From sequence record OR352958.1: a DNA stretch of 64,000 bases, one strand, 5' to 3'. The DNA is from Escherichia phage AV128. The position numbers and the translations under genes are program-made. Below, piece by piece: positions 35,241-44,128 of this stretch. The notes beneath the pieces were generated by a model. It was not told the DNA's origin. It saw only the letters and a list, made by a program, of their open reading frames with translations, and ran no database searches. How positions within the stretch are numbered: position 1 is the first letter of the stretch; every line of letters begins with the position of its first letter.

Positions 35241-35453
35241 ATGCAGAAAGATTTGGAAGAAAACAAAAGGCTGAAAAAGGCTTTGACGTCTCAAATCTTG
35301 TCCCTGTTGGTAAAGCTTATTGGGGAGTCAATCAGCAACAAGGTGGCACGGGCCGCGATTGTTGGCGTGATTGGCATGGCGGGGTATTACTTCGACTTGC
35401 CAGACATTGATACAAGTTCCGCGCCGCCCGTCCAGGTTGAAGCCGTAAAATAA
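35241..35453 (+). CDS. small membrane-anchored protein (70 aa), holin candidate
   Basis: ATG with GGTGG upstream (track start 35223 is TTG); hydrophobic ARAAIVGVIGMAGYYF near C-terminus. Confidence 0.35.
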   Translation: MQKDLEENKRLKKALTSQILSLLVKLIGESISNKVARAAIVGVIGMAGYYFDLPDIDTSSAPPVQVEAVK

Positions 35454-35454
35454 A

Positions 35455-35478
35455 CAAAGGCCCATATGGGCCTTTTTC
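35455..35478. terminator. bidirectional intrinsic terminator
   Basis: AAA-AGGCCCA-TA-TGGGCCT-TTTTT palindrome between convergent operons. Confidence 0.65.
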
Positions 35479-36123
35479 TTACATAACTGCTAGTGCATCC
35501 TTGTAACGCTTCCGTCGCAAATCTCCATGGTTAGCCGTATTCGGCGCGGCCCCGTTAATCCGCTTCACAGTCGAATCAAATGCGCCAGCATCAGCAATTG
35601 GAATGCAACCGCTGTTCTTGAAGAACCATGCCGCGCTGTCAGCGATGTATTTCGGCTCAGTCAAAATGTCAGGGTTATTCAGTGCATCATACCCTGATTG
35701 CTTTGAATACTCTGCATAGTTAGCCTTTCCAGTCAGCTGAATGGCACCACGGCCACGGTACTTCCAACCGTCTCCCGATGCTACCGAACCGTTGCCCATG
35801 CGGTTTGCATATGTATTATTGGCGATTTCCATTGGTTTACGGGCAATCGACAATGCCAAGGAGTTGGGTGCACCGCCGAAACGACCGCTGGCGCTGTAAC
35901 GGCTAGGCCATGTATTAGCAAGACCTTGAGCGGAATAATTCAAGTTTTCCACAAATGTCTTCAGACTGCCTGTTTCCACTCCTACGTTTGCAAGCAGCGC
36001 CGCGATGGCATTCTTGCTTTTGATTCCGTAGTGCTCACAAGCCTGCTTGAAAGGGTCCAACCACTTCTCTGCGACATCCATGCTGCATCCGGTCCCTTTA
36101 GATATTACGTTTGCATTAATCAT
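35479..36123 (-). CDS. endolysin, glycoside hydrolase family 19-like
   Basis: GRGAIQLTGKANY block typical of GH19 phage endolysins; no signal anchor. Confidence 0.65.
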   Translation of the reverse strand: MINANVISKGTGCSMDVAEKWLDPFKQACEHYGIKSKNAIAALLANVGVETGSLKTFVENLNYSAQGLANTWPSRYSASGRFGGAPNSLALSIARKPMEIANNTYANRMGNGSVASGDGWKYRGRGAIQLTGKANYAEYSKQSGYDALNNPDILTEPKYIADSAAWFFKNSGCIPIADAGAFDSTVKRINGAAPNTANHGDLRRKRYKDALAVM

Positions 36124-36131
36124 AAATCACC

Positions 36132-37976
36132 TTATGCGCTTCTGTACCAGCCGTTCAAGACGACATATCGCGGCAGAGTTGAAACAGCCGTTGGAACGGA
36201 CTGTCCTGCATTGCCAGTGTTACCGACCACATCGTGAGTGTGAGCGGGTAGGGTATAGCCATGGCTGTGATTGCCAGCATAATTTATATTCAACCCATGA
36301 GTGTGTGACCCAGAGGATTGAATATTGTGGACGTGGTTGCCGTTAGTCGAGGTGTTGTATTTGTAGTTGTCCCAGTCGCCGCCCTTTCGACTACCGAAGT
36401 TGTTGTGCGTCCCATCATAAACGCCGTACCGCGCATCGCTAGTATTGGCTTCACCCCAGCTGCTGTCATGGTGATGGTTGCCTGCCGTATCCATTCCATG
36501 CACGTGAGCACCGTTTTGGCTTGTATCACCTGTGTGGTTATGGTTGCCTGCGTCTCCAGTTGTATTGGACCATGGACCACTTTGTCGCGTGGTAATGTTC
36601 ACGCTGTGATTGTGGAGAGGAAGCATTGCAGCGGTGAGAGTAACAGAGTCCGCGCCGCCAGTGGCAAGACCGTTTCGCGCCGCTCCAGATGTTCTGATAA
36701 CCATGTTATCAGGCAGTCGTGTCCATACCTGACCGTAAGCGCCCAGTTTAGTATTTGGGTCTGTGCCGTTGGTCAGGAATCGAGTCTCACCTACTTCGAA
36801 TACGTCACCCATAGTGATCAACTTCGCAGCCAAAGCATCGAGTTGGCGCTTTGTAACAAACTGTTGCGGCTCAGTAGCGTCAACGCCGATTTGCGCCGCG
36901 CCAAACGCCTGAAGGAGACGCCAAACAGTGCCGTCATAAATGATGGTGAATGGCAACAAGCCTACGATAGCGCCAGCTGGTAACTCGCCGCCGTCGAATC
37001 CAAGAACGGCAACTTTGTTTACACCAATGGTCACGGTGACAGGTCCGGTAGTAGTCACGTCATTGACGATGGTCAAACGACTACCCGCAGAAGGTGGCCA
37101 TGAATACCCTGCTGGAACGGTGAGGATTATATCTTGCGCGCCTTTACCAGATGCAAGGTTTGGAGTTCCGATTTGCACGTCTTGAACAGTGGCATTTTGA
37201 ATCCAAGCACTCCAAGCACCAGAAGTGTAAGAGCGAGTAAACAAATAGCCATTCATTGATGTATATTGCTGCAGCGCAAACGTTTGTGCATCGACCTGCC
37301 AAGCGCAAACCTGAAGGCGACCTGCAACCTTCGTCGCGCCAACCGCATTCGGAATATTAGAGCACAAAGCGGCAACGGCATCGGATTGAATGACGATAGT
37401 TGTGGAAGTCGTAATATTATCGAAGTCCACAAAACTTGAAATCAATCCGCGAACGAAGTACGGGTTTTGCGCATCGCCGCCGGCAGGCATCGGAATGTAT
37501 TTTCGCGCTTCGCTGGGCAGCGTTAATTCCTGCCAAGATTCCGTTTCTCCGTTAGCTGGTACGGCGCTTGTGTTGCCGTCGACCACGCTTTGAAAGATGC
37601 GCCACTCAGGCGCTGAAGGTGTTCCAGAGTTGCTGACAACAATGGCGTTTTTCGGGTATCCATCCGGCTTCAAGTCAGAAGAGAAATACTGTTGAGCGCC
37701 ATGATCTTGAATAAACATAAGGTTGTCTGTAATCAAATTCAGCAACCAGTTCATCGATTCGCGCTCAACAGCCTTCGCGGCGACGTTTCCGGCCTCCAGC
37801 GCAAGCGCATAGTCAGGGGTGTAGCCGCGCTGGAAGTTCACATAACCGCTTGGGCTTGCATCCGGCACCACGGATACATCACCGCTTTGCGCGAAAGGTC
37901 TGTTAATAAGTGTTGGCATTGCCGTTCCTCTACACGATGTATTTAATTTTTGATAAAAGGGTTGATGCCCAATCAC
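36132..37976 (-). CDS. tail fiber protein with His-box C-terminal domain
   Basis: C-terminal repeated HxH boxes (NHNHTG, AHVHG, NHHHD, NHVHN, SHTHG, NHSHG, AHTHD); Gly/Thr-rich shaft. Confidence 0.6.
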   Translation of the reverse strand: MIGHQPFYQKLNTSCRGTAMPTLINRPFAQSGDVSVVPDASPSGYVNFQRGYTPDYALALEAGNVAAKAVERESMNWLLNLITDNLMFIQDHGAQQYFSSDLKPDGYPKNAIVVSNSGTPSAPEWRIFQSVVDGNTSAVPANGETESWQELTLPSEARKYIPMPAGGDAQNPYFVRGLISSFVDFDNITTSTTIVIQSDAVAALCSNIPNAVGATKVAGRLQVCAWQVDAQTFALQQYTSMNGYLFTRSYTSGAWSAWIQNATVQDVQIGTPNLASGKGAQDIILTVPAGYSWPPSAGSRLTIVNDVTTTGPVTVTIGVNKVAVLGFDGGELPAGAIVGLLPFTIIYDGTVWRLLQAFGAAQIGVDATEPQQFVTKRQLDALAAKLITMGDVFEVGETRFLTNGTDPNTKLGAYGQVWTRLPDNMVIRTSGAARNGLATGGADSVTLTAAMLPLHNHSVNITTRQSGPWSNTTGDAGNHNHTGDTSQNGAHVHGMDTAGNHHHDSSWGEANTSDARYGVYDGTHNNFGSRKGGDWDNYKYNTSTNGNHVHNIQSSGSHTHGLNINYAGNHSHGYTLPAHTHDVVGNTGNAGQSVPTAVSTLPRYVVLNGWYRSA

Positions 37977-40668
37977 CAGTTAAGTCAGTTATATTCATGC
38001 TTGAAACATAACCACCAGCAGCACTTCTTGGAAAGTTTACTGTCGCTACAACATCCCCATTCGAAGCTATCAATTGAACTCCAGTCGCCAGCGACCCTGG
38101 GTTTTTGATGTATATAGAAGTTGCAGTTTTCTTTGCAAAGTCTTCGCTTGTTGAAATCGCAAGCGCATTCATCGTATTACCAGAAACAAGCATCAAGCTT
38201 AAAATATCAAGTTCAAGAGTCGTACCAACTTCGGTCGGCAAGTCTTTCCCTGATATCAAGCCAATGCTTATTCCACCTGTCGAACCATCCCAAGTCGTTC
38301 CTGCAACAATCTCAGCGGCAAGGTCAACTTCGATACGTTGCAAATCACCTGCGCCTATGCTGTAGAATTTAGGGATATAGCCGCCCATACCATCCGGTAC
38401 GGTTACGAAAAGTTTTTGACCGTTTACCGTGTTGTTTTTAACTATTGCGATAAATGACAAAGGACCAGTCAGGCTGCCAGTGTATTTAGTAGCAAGTACA
38501 GCGCGTGCATAACCGGACGCTGGCACAGTTCCTATTGTAGCGGAAAGCTTGAATGATGGGAACTGGTTGGGCACACCGCTGATTGGCGTCACCGTTACCG
38601 TGTTAGCTCCGTCCTTGACGATATTGCCAAAAGATGTACCGTCATTGGGCTGTGTGTATCGCCAGTAGTTAGTGATCGCAGCACGTGGGATTTCGCGACC
38701 AAAATCATCTCTTGAAGCTTTTGAGATTGAATAGTCGTTGACAAGCGCGCCATCGATAACTTGGTTAACACCTTTCAAAGCCTCAAGTTGTCTTATGACA
38801 CCGTTAAAGTTGTTCAACGGCCACTCGTTAATGCCGCCAACTCTGATGATCCCGTCAGTGTTAATCCATGCAACACCTTCCGTTTCGAATCCTACTCGCG
38901 TGTCTGTTATGTTGCTGACAGTCAAATCAATATCAGATAAGTCTGCGACTTCTTGGTAAAGCTGCCAACGTATTCCGGCATTTGCTGGCAAGAATCCTTC
39001 ATTCCTGTCGCCAACTAGCGTCTTAAAGTTGTCGGATAAGTTGTTGGCGAAATAAGGCCCGATGACATATTCCATGTAATAGTCAGCGGTCGGCGGCGGC
39101 GGTACGCCGTCCAATCGGCTAACGTTCCATGAGCGTCTGATGCCGTCAGTCTCTGCAATCAATGTTGCGTTTCCTGGGTACGGGTAGCCGCCGATTGAAC
39201 CAGAGTACGCAAGTGATGACCCAGGCTGCATAAATGACTCGCCCACCACGCCATTTCTTGTCGTCAACGGACCGTTTGCGCAAGAAATGTTGTTGAGCGT
39301 TCCTGCCGTAACAGACAAAATTGCTGTGCCATCTGCAGGCGGATTTTGAGTCCCATAGAAATAAGGCTCAGGCCCATTAGGATTCTGAACAGGGTCGCAA
39401 ACACAAATTGAGTATCCAAAAAGAAGCGCATCAGACCCTTCAGGCAATTCGCGAGTCTGAGTTGATCCAGCGGCAGTTGCTTTCAACTCAATTGAAAAGC
39501 TTGTGTTTACCCCAGCTGTCGCGTTCGCAGTTTGTTCTACAATCCAGATTCTGTACCAATCGCCGCCGATTGCCTTGATGCCACCACGGTTTGATTCCCT
39601 TCTCACACCGTCGAACTTGCCTGTGATGAAATAACTCAAAGAAGAGTCAAGGTTGAACTGTCCAGTCACTGGGTCGAAAAGTTTTCCATTACTCGATGCA
39701 TCACTGTTCTCTGTTACGGAAACAGAAGCCACGTTTTCAGAAAGCACTTTTATGTAGAAGCTATAGCAAACGTTGACACCAGCCTGAGAAGGAAGCGCAA
39801 TAGATTGGGCGCTTGGATTACTGGCCAAAGAATACACAGGCTCGCCGCTGGAAGCGGTCTTGATGACCCGTACTGCGTTGGCGAAATTCTCTATGGCTTC
39901 TCCTGGGTAATCACCACACAGTTGGCCGTAATAGTCAGGGCCGCCATATTGGCGTGTATCACCGCCGACAATACCAGTGCCGGACCCGTTACCCCATGAA
40001 TACCAGTCTGGGTGCGCCATTCGCGAAACGGTCCCTGCCACCCCACTTATGGTAAGTCCTGCGTTGTTGCCGTGACTCAAAAGAATTTGTTTATAATCGT
40101 GTTGAATCTCAGTTGACCCCTGCCAGTCGTACAGAAGGAATGAACCGTTTGTTGATTCAGAAGAAGACACCGCGCCTTGAGTATTGTCTGTCACGTATGC
40201 ATAGCGCGATGAAGAGTAATCCCAATCTTCTCCACGGTTAAAAATCCACTTAAGCATACGGTTGATGCTTTCGATGCGGCCATCACTTGTAAGCGTCAGA
40301 TAACGAAGCTTTAGAAGGATGCGCGCTTCTTCAATGTTTTTCACAACCTTTCCGCCAGCACCAAAGAAGTTGCCGCCGATATTGTCCGTCCCTTCAAAGT
40401 TGTCGCGTGTTGGCCCGAATGCCCAGTTGTGCTCATAGTTACTTAAGTCAACAAAATCCCTTGGTATGCATAGGATGTCGCACCAAATATAGATGCCCAT
40501 TGCATCGCAAGTATCAATGTTGAATATGTTTTTGTACCAGTCAATCCAAAACTGATCTTGATATCGCTCATACCAGTCACTCTTCTTCTGAACTAAAGAT
40601 GTGATGTTTGGCGCGTTGTTTTGCATCCACTTAAGGTTTTGCAACAGGTTTGTGTCAAACTTTTGCAT
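37930..40668 (-). CDS. large tail fiber / baseplate-associated structural protein (912 aa)
   Basis: 912-aa Gly/Ser/Thr/Asn-rich protein between baseplate gene and tail fiber. Confidence 0.45.
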   Translation of the reverse strand: MQKFDTNLLQNLKWMQNNAPNITSLVQKKSDWYERYQDQFWIDWYKNIFNIDTCDAMGIYIWCDILCIPRDFVDLSNYEHNWAFGPTRDNFEGTDNIGGNFFGAGGKVVKNIEEARILLKLRYLTLTSDGRIESINRMLKWIFNRGEDWDYSSSRYAYVTDNTQGAVSSSESTNGSFLLYDWQGSTEIQHDYKQILLSHGNNAGLTISGVAGTVSRMAHPDWYSWGNGSGTGIVGGDTRQYGGPDYYGQLCGDYPGEAIENFANAVRVIKTASSGEPVYSLASNPSAQSIALPSQAGVNVCYSFYIKVLSENVASVSVTENSDASSNGKLFDPVTGQFNLDSSLSYFITGKFDGVRRESNRGGIKAIGGDWYRIWIVEQTANATAGVNTSFSIELKATAAGSTQTRELPEGSDALLFGYSICVCDPVQNPNGPEPYFYGTQNPPADGTAILSVTAGTLNNISCANGPLTTRNGVVGESFMQPGSSLAYSGSIGGYPYPGNATLIAETDGIRRSWNVSRLDGVPPPPTADYYMEYVIGPYFANNLSDNFKTLVGDRNEGFLPANAGIRWQLYQEVADLSDIDLTVSNITDTRVGFETEGVAWINTDGIIRVGGINEWPLNNFNGVIRQLEALKGVNQVIDGALVNDYSISKASRDDFGREIPRAAITNYWRYTQPNDGTSFGNIVKDGANTVTVTPISGVPNQFPSFKLSATIGTVPASGYARAVLATKYTGSLTGPLSFIAIVKNNTVNGQKLFVTVPDGMGGYIPKFYSIGAGDLQRIEVDLAAEIVAGTTWDGSTGGISIGLISGKDLPTEVGTTLELDILSLMLVSGNTMNALAISTSEDFAKKTATSIYIKNPGSLATGVQLIASNGDVVATVNFPRSAAGGYVSSMNITDLTGDWASTLLSKIKYIV

Positions 40669-40674
40669 AGTTCC

Positions 40675-41946
40675 TCACACAAATTTAACGTTTATGAAGC
40701 CGCGCATAGTGTTGGCCTTATCCCAAGGATTGGCAATCCACTCGCTGCCATAATCGGAAGGATAAGTTGGCGCTGCCTGTCCGCTTTTAACTGCTGCAAT
40801 TTTGCAATCTTTGATATAAAGTCCTGGATATTCGCAGGATACTGCTGAAGCAATTTCAAAAGAAGATTGAGATTGGCCTACTGTATATCCCTGCTCACCG
40901 TTAAAATTGCCATTTCCGTAATTTAGTACAGCAGCAATAATAGACTCTGCATCAGCGGTCGCCGTTCCTCTTGAAACGGTTATGTCAACATACAAATCAT
41001 ATATCACTGCAGTGTTAAATTTGACGAAATAAGACAACTGTGATTCTGCATCGACCACTTCGATTCCATCAGGCGAGTTTACCGGATTTCCTTGATTAGC
41101 AGCGCCAAAGTCCCAAGGTTGACCGCCCATCTTCGCCTTGAATATCGTCTCCGCAAACACCTGCTTGTCAAATGTTCCGCTTGCGCATACCCAAACACCG
41201 TTAGGCGTTGAGAACGTAATGCCGCGCACCGTTCCAGGCGCTCCTGTGTCATTCTCCACGACCATCACAGACTCTACACCGTCGACCGACATGGCGCGAG
41301 CGCGGATGGCACCAAGCGATGCAATGCCCTGCTGGTAAAGACGCTTAACGCGAGCGGCCTTTAATGCTCCGTCGCCCATGTATTGCGTGCCTGGCACGGT
41401 CGTCGTTGCTGATGTTGAATACGTTCTTGACCATCCGATGACGTCATAACCTTGCACCACTGTAAACTCTTCATCAGGCGCAACGGTAAATGAGCCATAA
41501 TCTTTTGACGCAAGAGTCATGTTGCTTGTCTTGCCAGTCGAAGTGATTTGAACGTCTTCCAGCACATACCAGTATGTACCATTTGAATCAGTAAGAAGAC
41601 TTCCAGCAGGAATTTCCAGCAGCGGCGTTCCCTCTGCAGTAACACCTTTCAACATTGTGCTTACATTCTTTGTGCGCTCGATGCCAAGAAGCGCCGCGAT
41701 TGCATCAAGGTATACTCCATATGAGTAGTTAGGGTTGATGAGACTTCCCAATTCGGCATTATTCTTCATCACTGAAGTTCTTGCCAACGTCTCTGTTGCG
41801 ATTAGCGTGCCTTGCGGCGTCGAAGCATCAACATCAAGCCCGACCCCTAAAGACTCAATCCATTCACCTTGAACATCAGCCAATAAATCTGCCGTGTCAA
41901 TGGTGATCACACCAGTGCTTACTATGTAAGAATATTGTGCACTCAT
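40675..41946 (-). CDS. baseplate protein (J-like), putative
   Basis: 423 aa, position in baseplate cluster. Confidence 0.4.
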   Translation of the reverse strand: MSAQYSYIVSTGVITIDTADLLADVQGEWIESLGVGLDVDASTPQGTLIATETLARTSVMKNNAELGSLINPNYSYGVYLDAIAALLGIERTKNVSTMLKGVTAEGTPLLEIPAGSLLTDSNGTYWYVLEDVQITSTGKTSNMTLASKDYGSFTVAPDEEFTVVQGYDVIGWSRTYSTSATTTVPGTQYMGDGALKAARVKRLYQQGIASLGAIRARAMSVDGVESVMVVENDTGAPGTVRGITFSTPNGVWVCASGTFDKQVFAETIFKAKMGGQPWDFGAANQGNPVNSPDGIEVVDAESQLSYFVKFNTAVIYDLYVDITVSRGTATADAESIIAAVLNYGNGNFNGEQGYTVGQSQSSFEIASAVSCEYPGLYIKDCKIAAVKSGQAAPTYPSDYGSEWIANPWDKANTMRGFINVKFV

Positions 41947-42671
41947 TCTATCATATTCCCAGTTCTGTTTCCAGGCCCGTTACCGATATGCCCGTGAGTG
42001 GATACATCAATGCCGCCGACCGTTGTGCCAGTCGGAAGCGTTGCCGTCGTTCCTTCTTTGCCTTCTATCCCACCATTGAATGTTGCCTTTCCATTTACTA
42101 TCAATTGTTGATCGATAGTGGTTATCGGGGTCTTGACGTTTACTCCAGCAGACGCAGTTATGTTTATTGAGTCATCGCTTAGTGCAATTCTCACAGCGCC
42201 GCTGAGGGATTGAATTACCATTGACCCTGCATCCTCTCCGCTTATGGTGTATTTTCGGAATACATCCGGTATGAACAGTCCATCAGCGAAAGTTTTTGCA
42301 CGGCCATTGGTAGGCGCTGTCGGCTTCAATTCTTCAAGGAATGTCGACAACTCGCGGTCGCCAGCGAATATCCAGCCCAAGTCGCCTTCCTTCAAAGGGA
42401 AGTTGATCACGAATCCGCCGCCGCCGATTGCCAGTACCGGAATTGACACCAAAGGTTGACGCTCCACTGGCTTATCATCAAGACTTACGAAATGAATAAC
42501 AGGTTTTATGACTGCTAAATTTTTCTTGCGGTCATAAGATATTACTTGCGCAGGAATCATGCCATCAGTGGTATACTTGCCACGGTCCAGCATTCCCTGA
42601 AGCGCGGCAAACATACTTGATTTGTCAGTTTGGTTGGGGCTTGTAAGTTGGGTTAACTTTTCTGCCATCAT
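41943..42671 (-). CDS. baseplate component (~242 aa)
   Basis: track ORF 41943..42695 trimmed to MMAEK; Gly-rich. Confidence 0.35.
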   Translation of the reverse strand: MMAEKLTQLTSPNQTDKSSMFAALQGMLDRGKYTTDGMIPAQVISYDRKKNLAVIKPVIHFVSLDDKPVERQPLVSIPVLAIGGGGFVINFPLKEGDLGWIFAGDRELSTFLEELKPTAPTNGRAKTFADGLFIPDVFRKYTISGEDAGSMVIQSLSGAVRIALSDDSINITASAGVNVKTPITTIDQQLIVNGKATFNGGIEGKEGTTATLPTGTTVGGIDVSTHGHIGNGPGNRTGNMIE

Positions 42672-42728
42672 AGACTCCTTATATCTGATTAACAAATTAT
42701 AATCTATAAGGAGTCTATAAGCAATATT

Positions 42729-43250
42729 TTAGCGATTTGACTTTGATTCTTTAATGGCAGCTTCGTTTGAGTAGGCTTCATTAAGTGATTTTGCTATTAG
42801 TCCATCAAACATAGCGAATGCATCACGCAATGAATAATATTCTTCCAATTCTTTTAACGAAGCAAGACCATTGTTTATTAGGCTTGCAACCATCGGCTCA
42901 AGATAATTAGGCTCTACGGTCGGGACGTCAGCCAAGAATCTATTTGGAATCTTAGTGCCTTTCCAATCACTGAGGAATCCAAAATTGTGCTTCTTTACCG
43001 CTTCCATTAGAACTTTCAATACAAGGTTGGGCGGCAAGTGATTTGGCACACTTTTCACTTCTTCACTGATGGCCTTCTCAGAGTTTAATCTGACTTTAGT
43101 TCCGTCATATTTAATAACGTGACATTCACTTAATAATTCAAGTGGAGTTAATATGCTTATCGCATCAACCATTTCAAACGCGTCTATTGCGCTGAATTGA
43201 TGAATTTCATAAGTTACGCCAAACAAGTCGATTATTTTGTTCTTTCTCAT
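42729..43250 (-). CDS. baseplate/tail protein (~173 aa)
   Basis: track ORF trimmed to internal ATG. Confidence 0.35.
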   Translation of the reverse strand: MRKNKIIDLFGVTYEIHQFSAIDAFEMVDAISILTPLELLSECHVIKYDGTKVRLNSEKAISEEVKSVPNHLPPNLVLKVLMEAVKKHNFGFLSDWKGTKIPNRFLADVPTVEPNYLEPMVASLINNGLASLKELEEYYSLRDAFAMFDGLIAKSLNEAYSNEAAIKESKSNR

Positions 43251-43251
43251 A

Positions 43252-44124
43252 TTATGCCGATGGTGCAACGCCGCCCGTCACCGTAAATATATCATCACGA
43301 CTCGCTAAATCATATTCAAGTTGCATGATGACAAATGTGGTGTCGTTCAAGCTTGGGTTTAAGACTGATTTGAATTTAACACCTTGTGCAAGCTTCAAAT
43401 CTGCGTTATACATACAAGTGAAGTCTGCACCCCACTCATTCCACATCGGTATTCCGACAAATTCCTCAATGACCGTTATCTGGTCTGGATTTAGAATTTT
43501 GTCTTTGTCCTTAACAATTAACGTATCGTCATCAATGTATGCCGCGATTGAGTTGCGTTGATAGTTCTGGATCTCAAGCAGCAGCGCAGCAGCAACATAT
43601 GTCGTTCTTCCTGGATTCACAAGGCGCTGATTGTTAATCGACGTGTCGCAAATAACAGTATCAATGTCCATTTGCTTTGCAGACCATTCCACAAACTCTT
43701 TGAAAGTCGGGTTGGATGGTGCGGCTTGAGTTATGAACTTCGTTCTGTTTATTTGGTTGGTGTAACAAGTGATTCTGATAACAATATTCGGCGGCGGCGC
43801 GGTGATCTCAACTGTCGTCACCTGTCCCTTGTATACCAAGTTGCTGCTGATTACGCTCCCTTCTCTGTATCCAGCTTCAATAGTCACATTAACGTAGTTC
43901 GCCGCCAACTGGCCTTGATCACGCAGACGTTTGTTGAATGCCGTGAAGTTGGAAAGCAGGTACTCTCTCAAGTACCCTGTTAATCCTGCGACTTCAATCG
44001 TGGCCTTATTCTGAACGGAAAGTGCTGCCTTTTTGATTCGGCATCTGAGCATCAATCCTTCATCAAGAACTTGGCTTGTGCCATCCGGCATAGATAAGGT
44101 GACCTTAAGGATTCTCTTTTTCAA
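43252..44124 (-). CDS. baseplate hub/tail protein (290 aa)
   Basis: immediately downstream of tape measure gene. Confidence 0.4.
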   Translation of the reverse strand: MKKRILKVTLSMPDGTSQVLDEGLMLRCRIKKAALSVQNKATIEVAGLTGYLREYLLSNFTAFNKRLRDQGQLAANYVNVTIEAGYREGSVISSNLVYKGQVTTVEITAPPPNIVIRITCYTNQINRTKFITQAAPSNPTFKEFVEWSAKQMDIDTVICDTSINNQRLVNPGRTTYVAAALLLEIQNYQRNSIAAYIDDDTLIVKDKDKILNPDQITVIEEFVGIPMWNEWGADFTCMYNADLKLAQGVKFKSVLNPSLNDTTFVIMQLEYDLASRDDIFTVTGGVAPSA

Positions 44125-44128
44125 ATTA

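Noticed and set aside
36290-36983. ORFs on both strands inside the tail fiber gene (36290..36580 -, 36318..36983 +)
   Set aside because: Arise from Gly/Thr/His-rich repetitive coding sequence; the 614-aa fiber frame is the coherent one.
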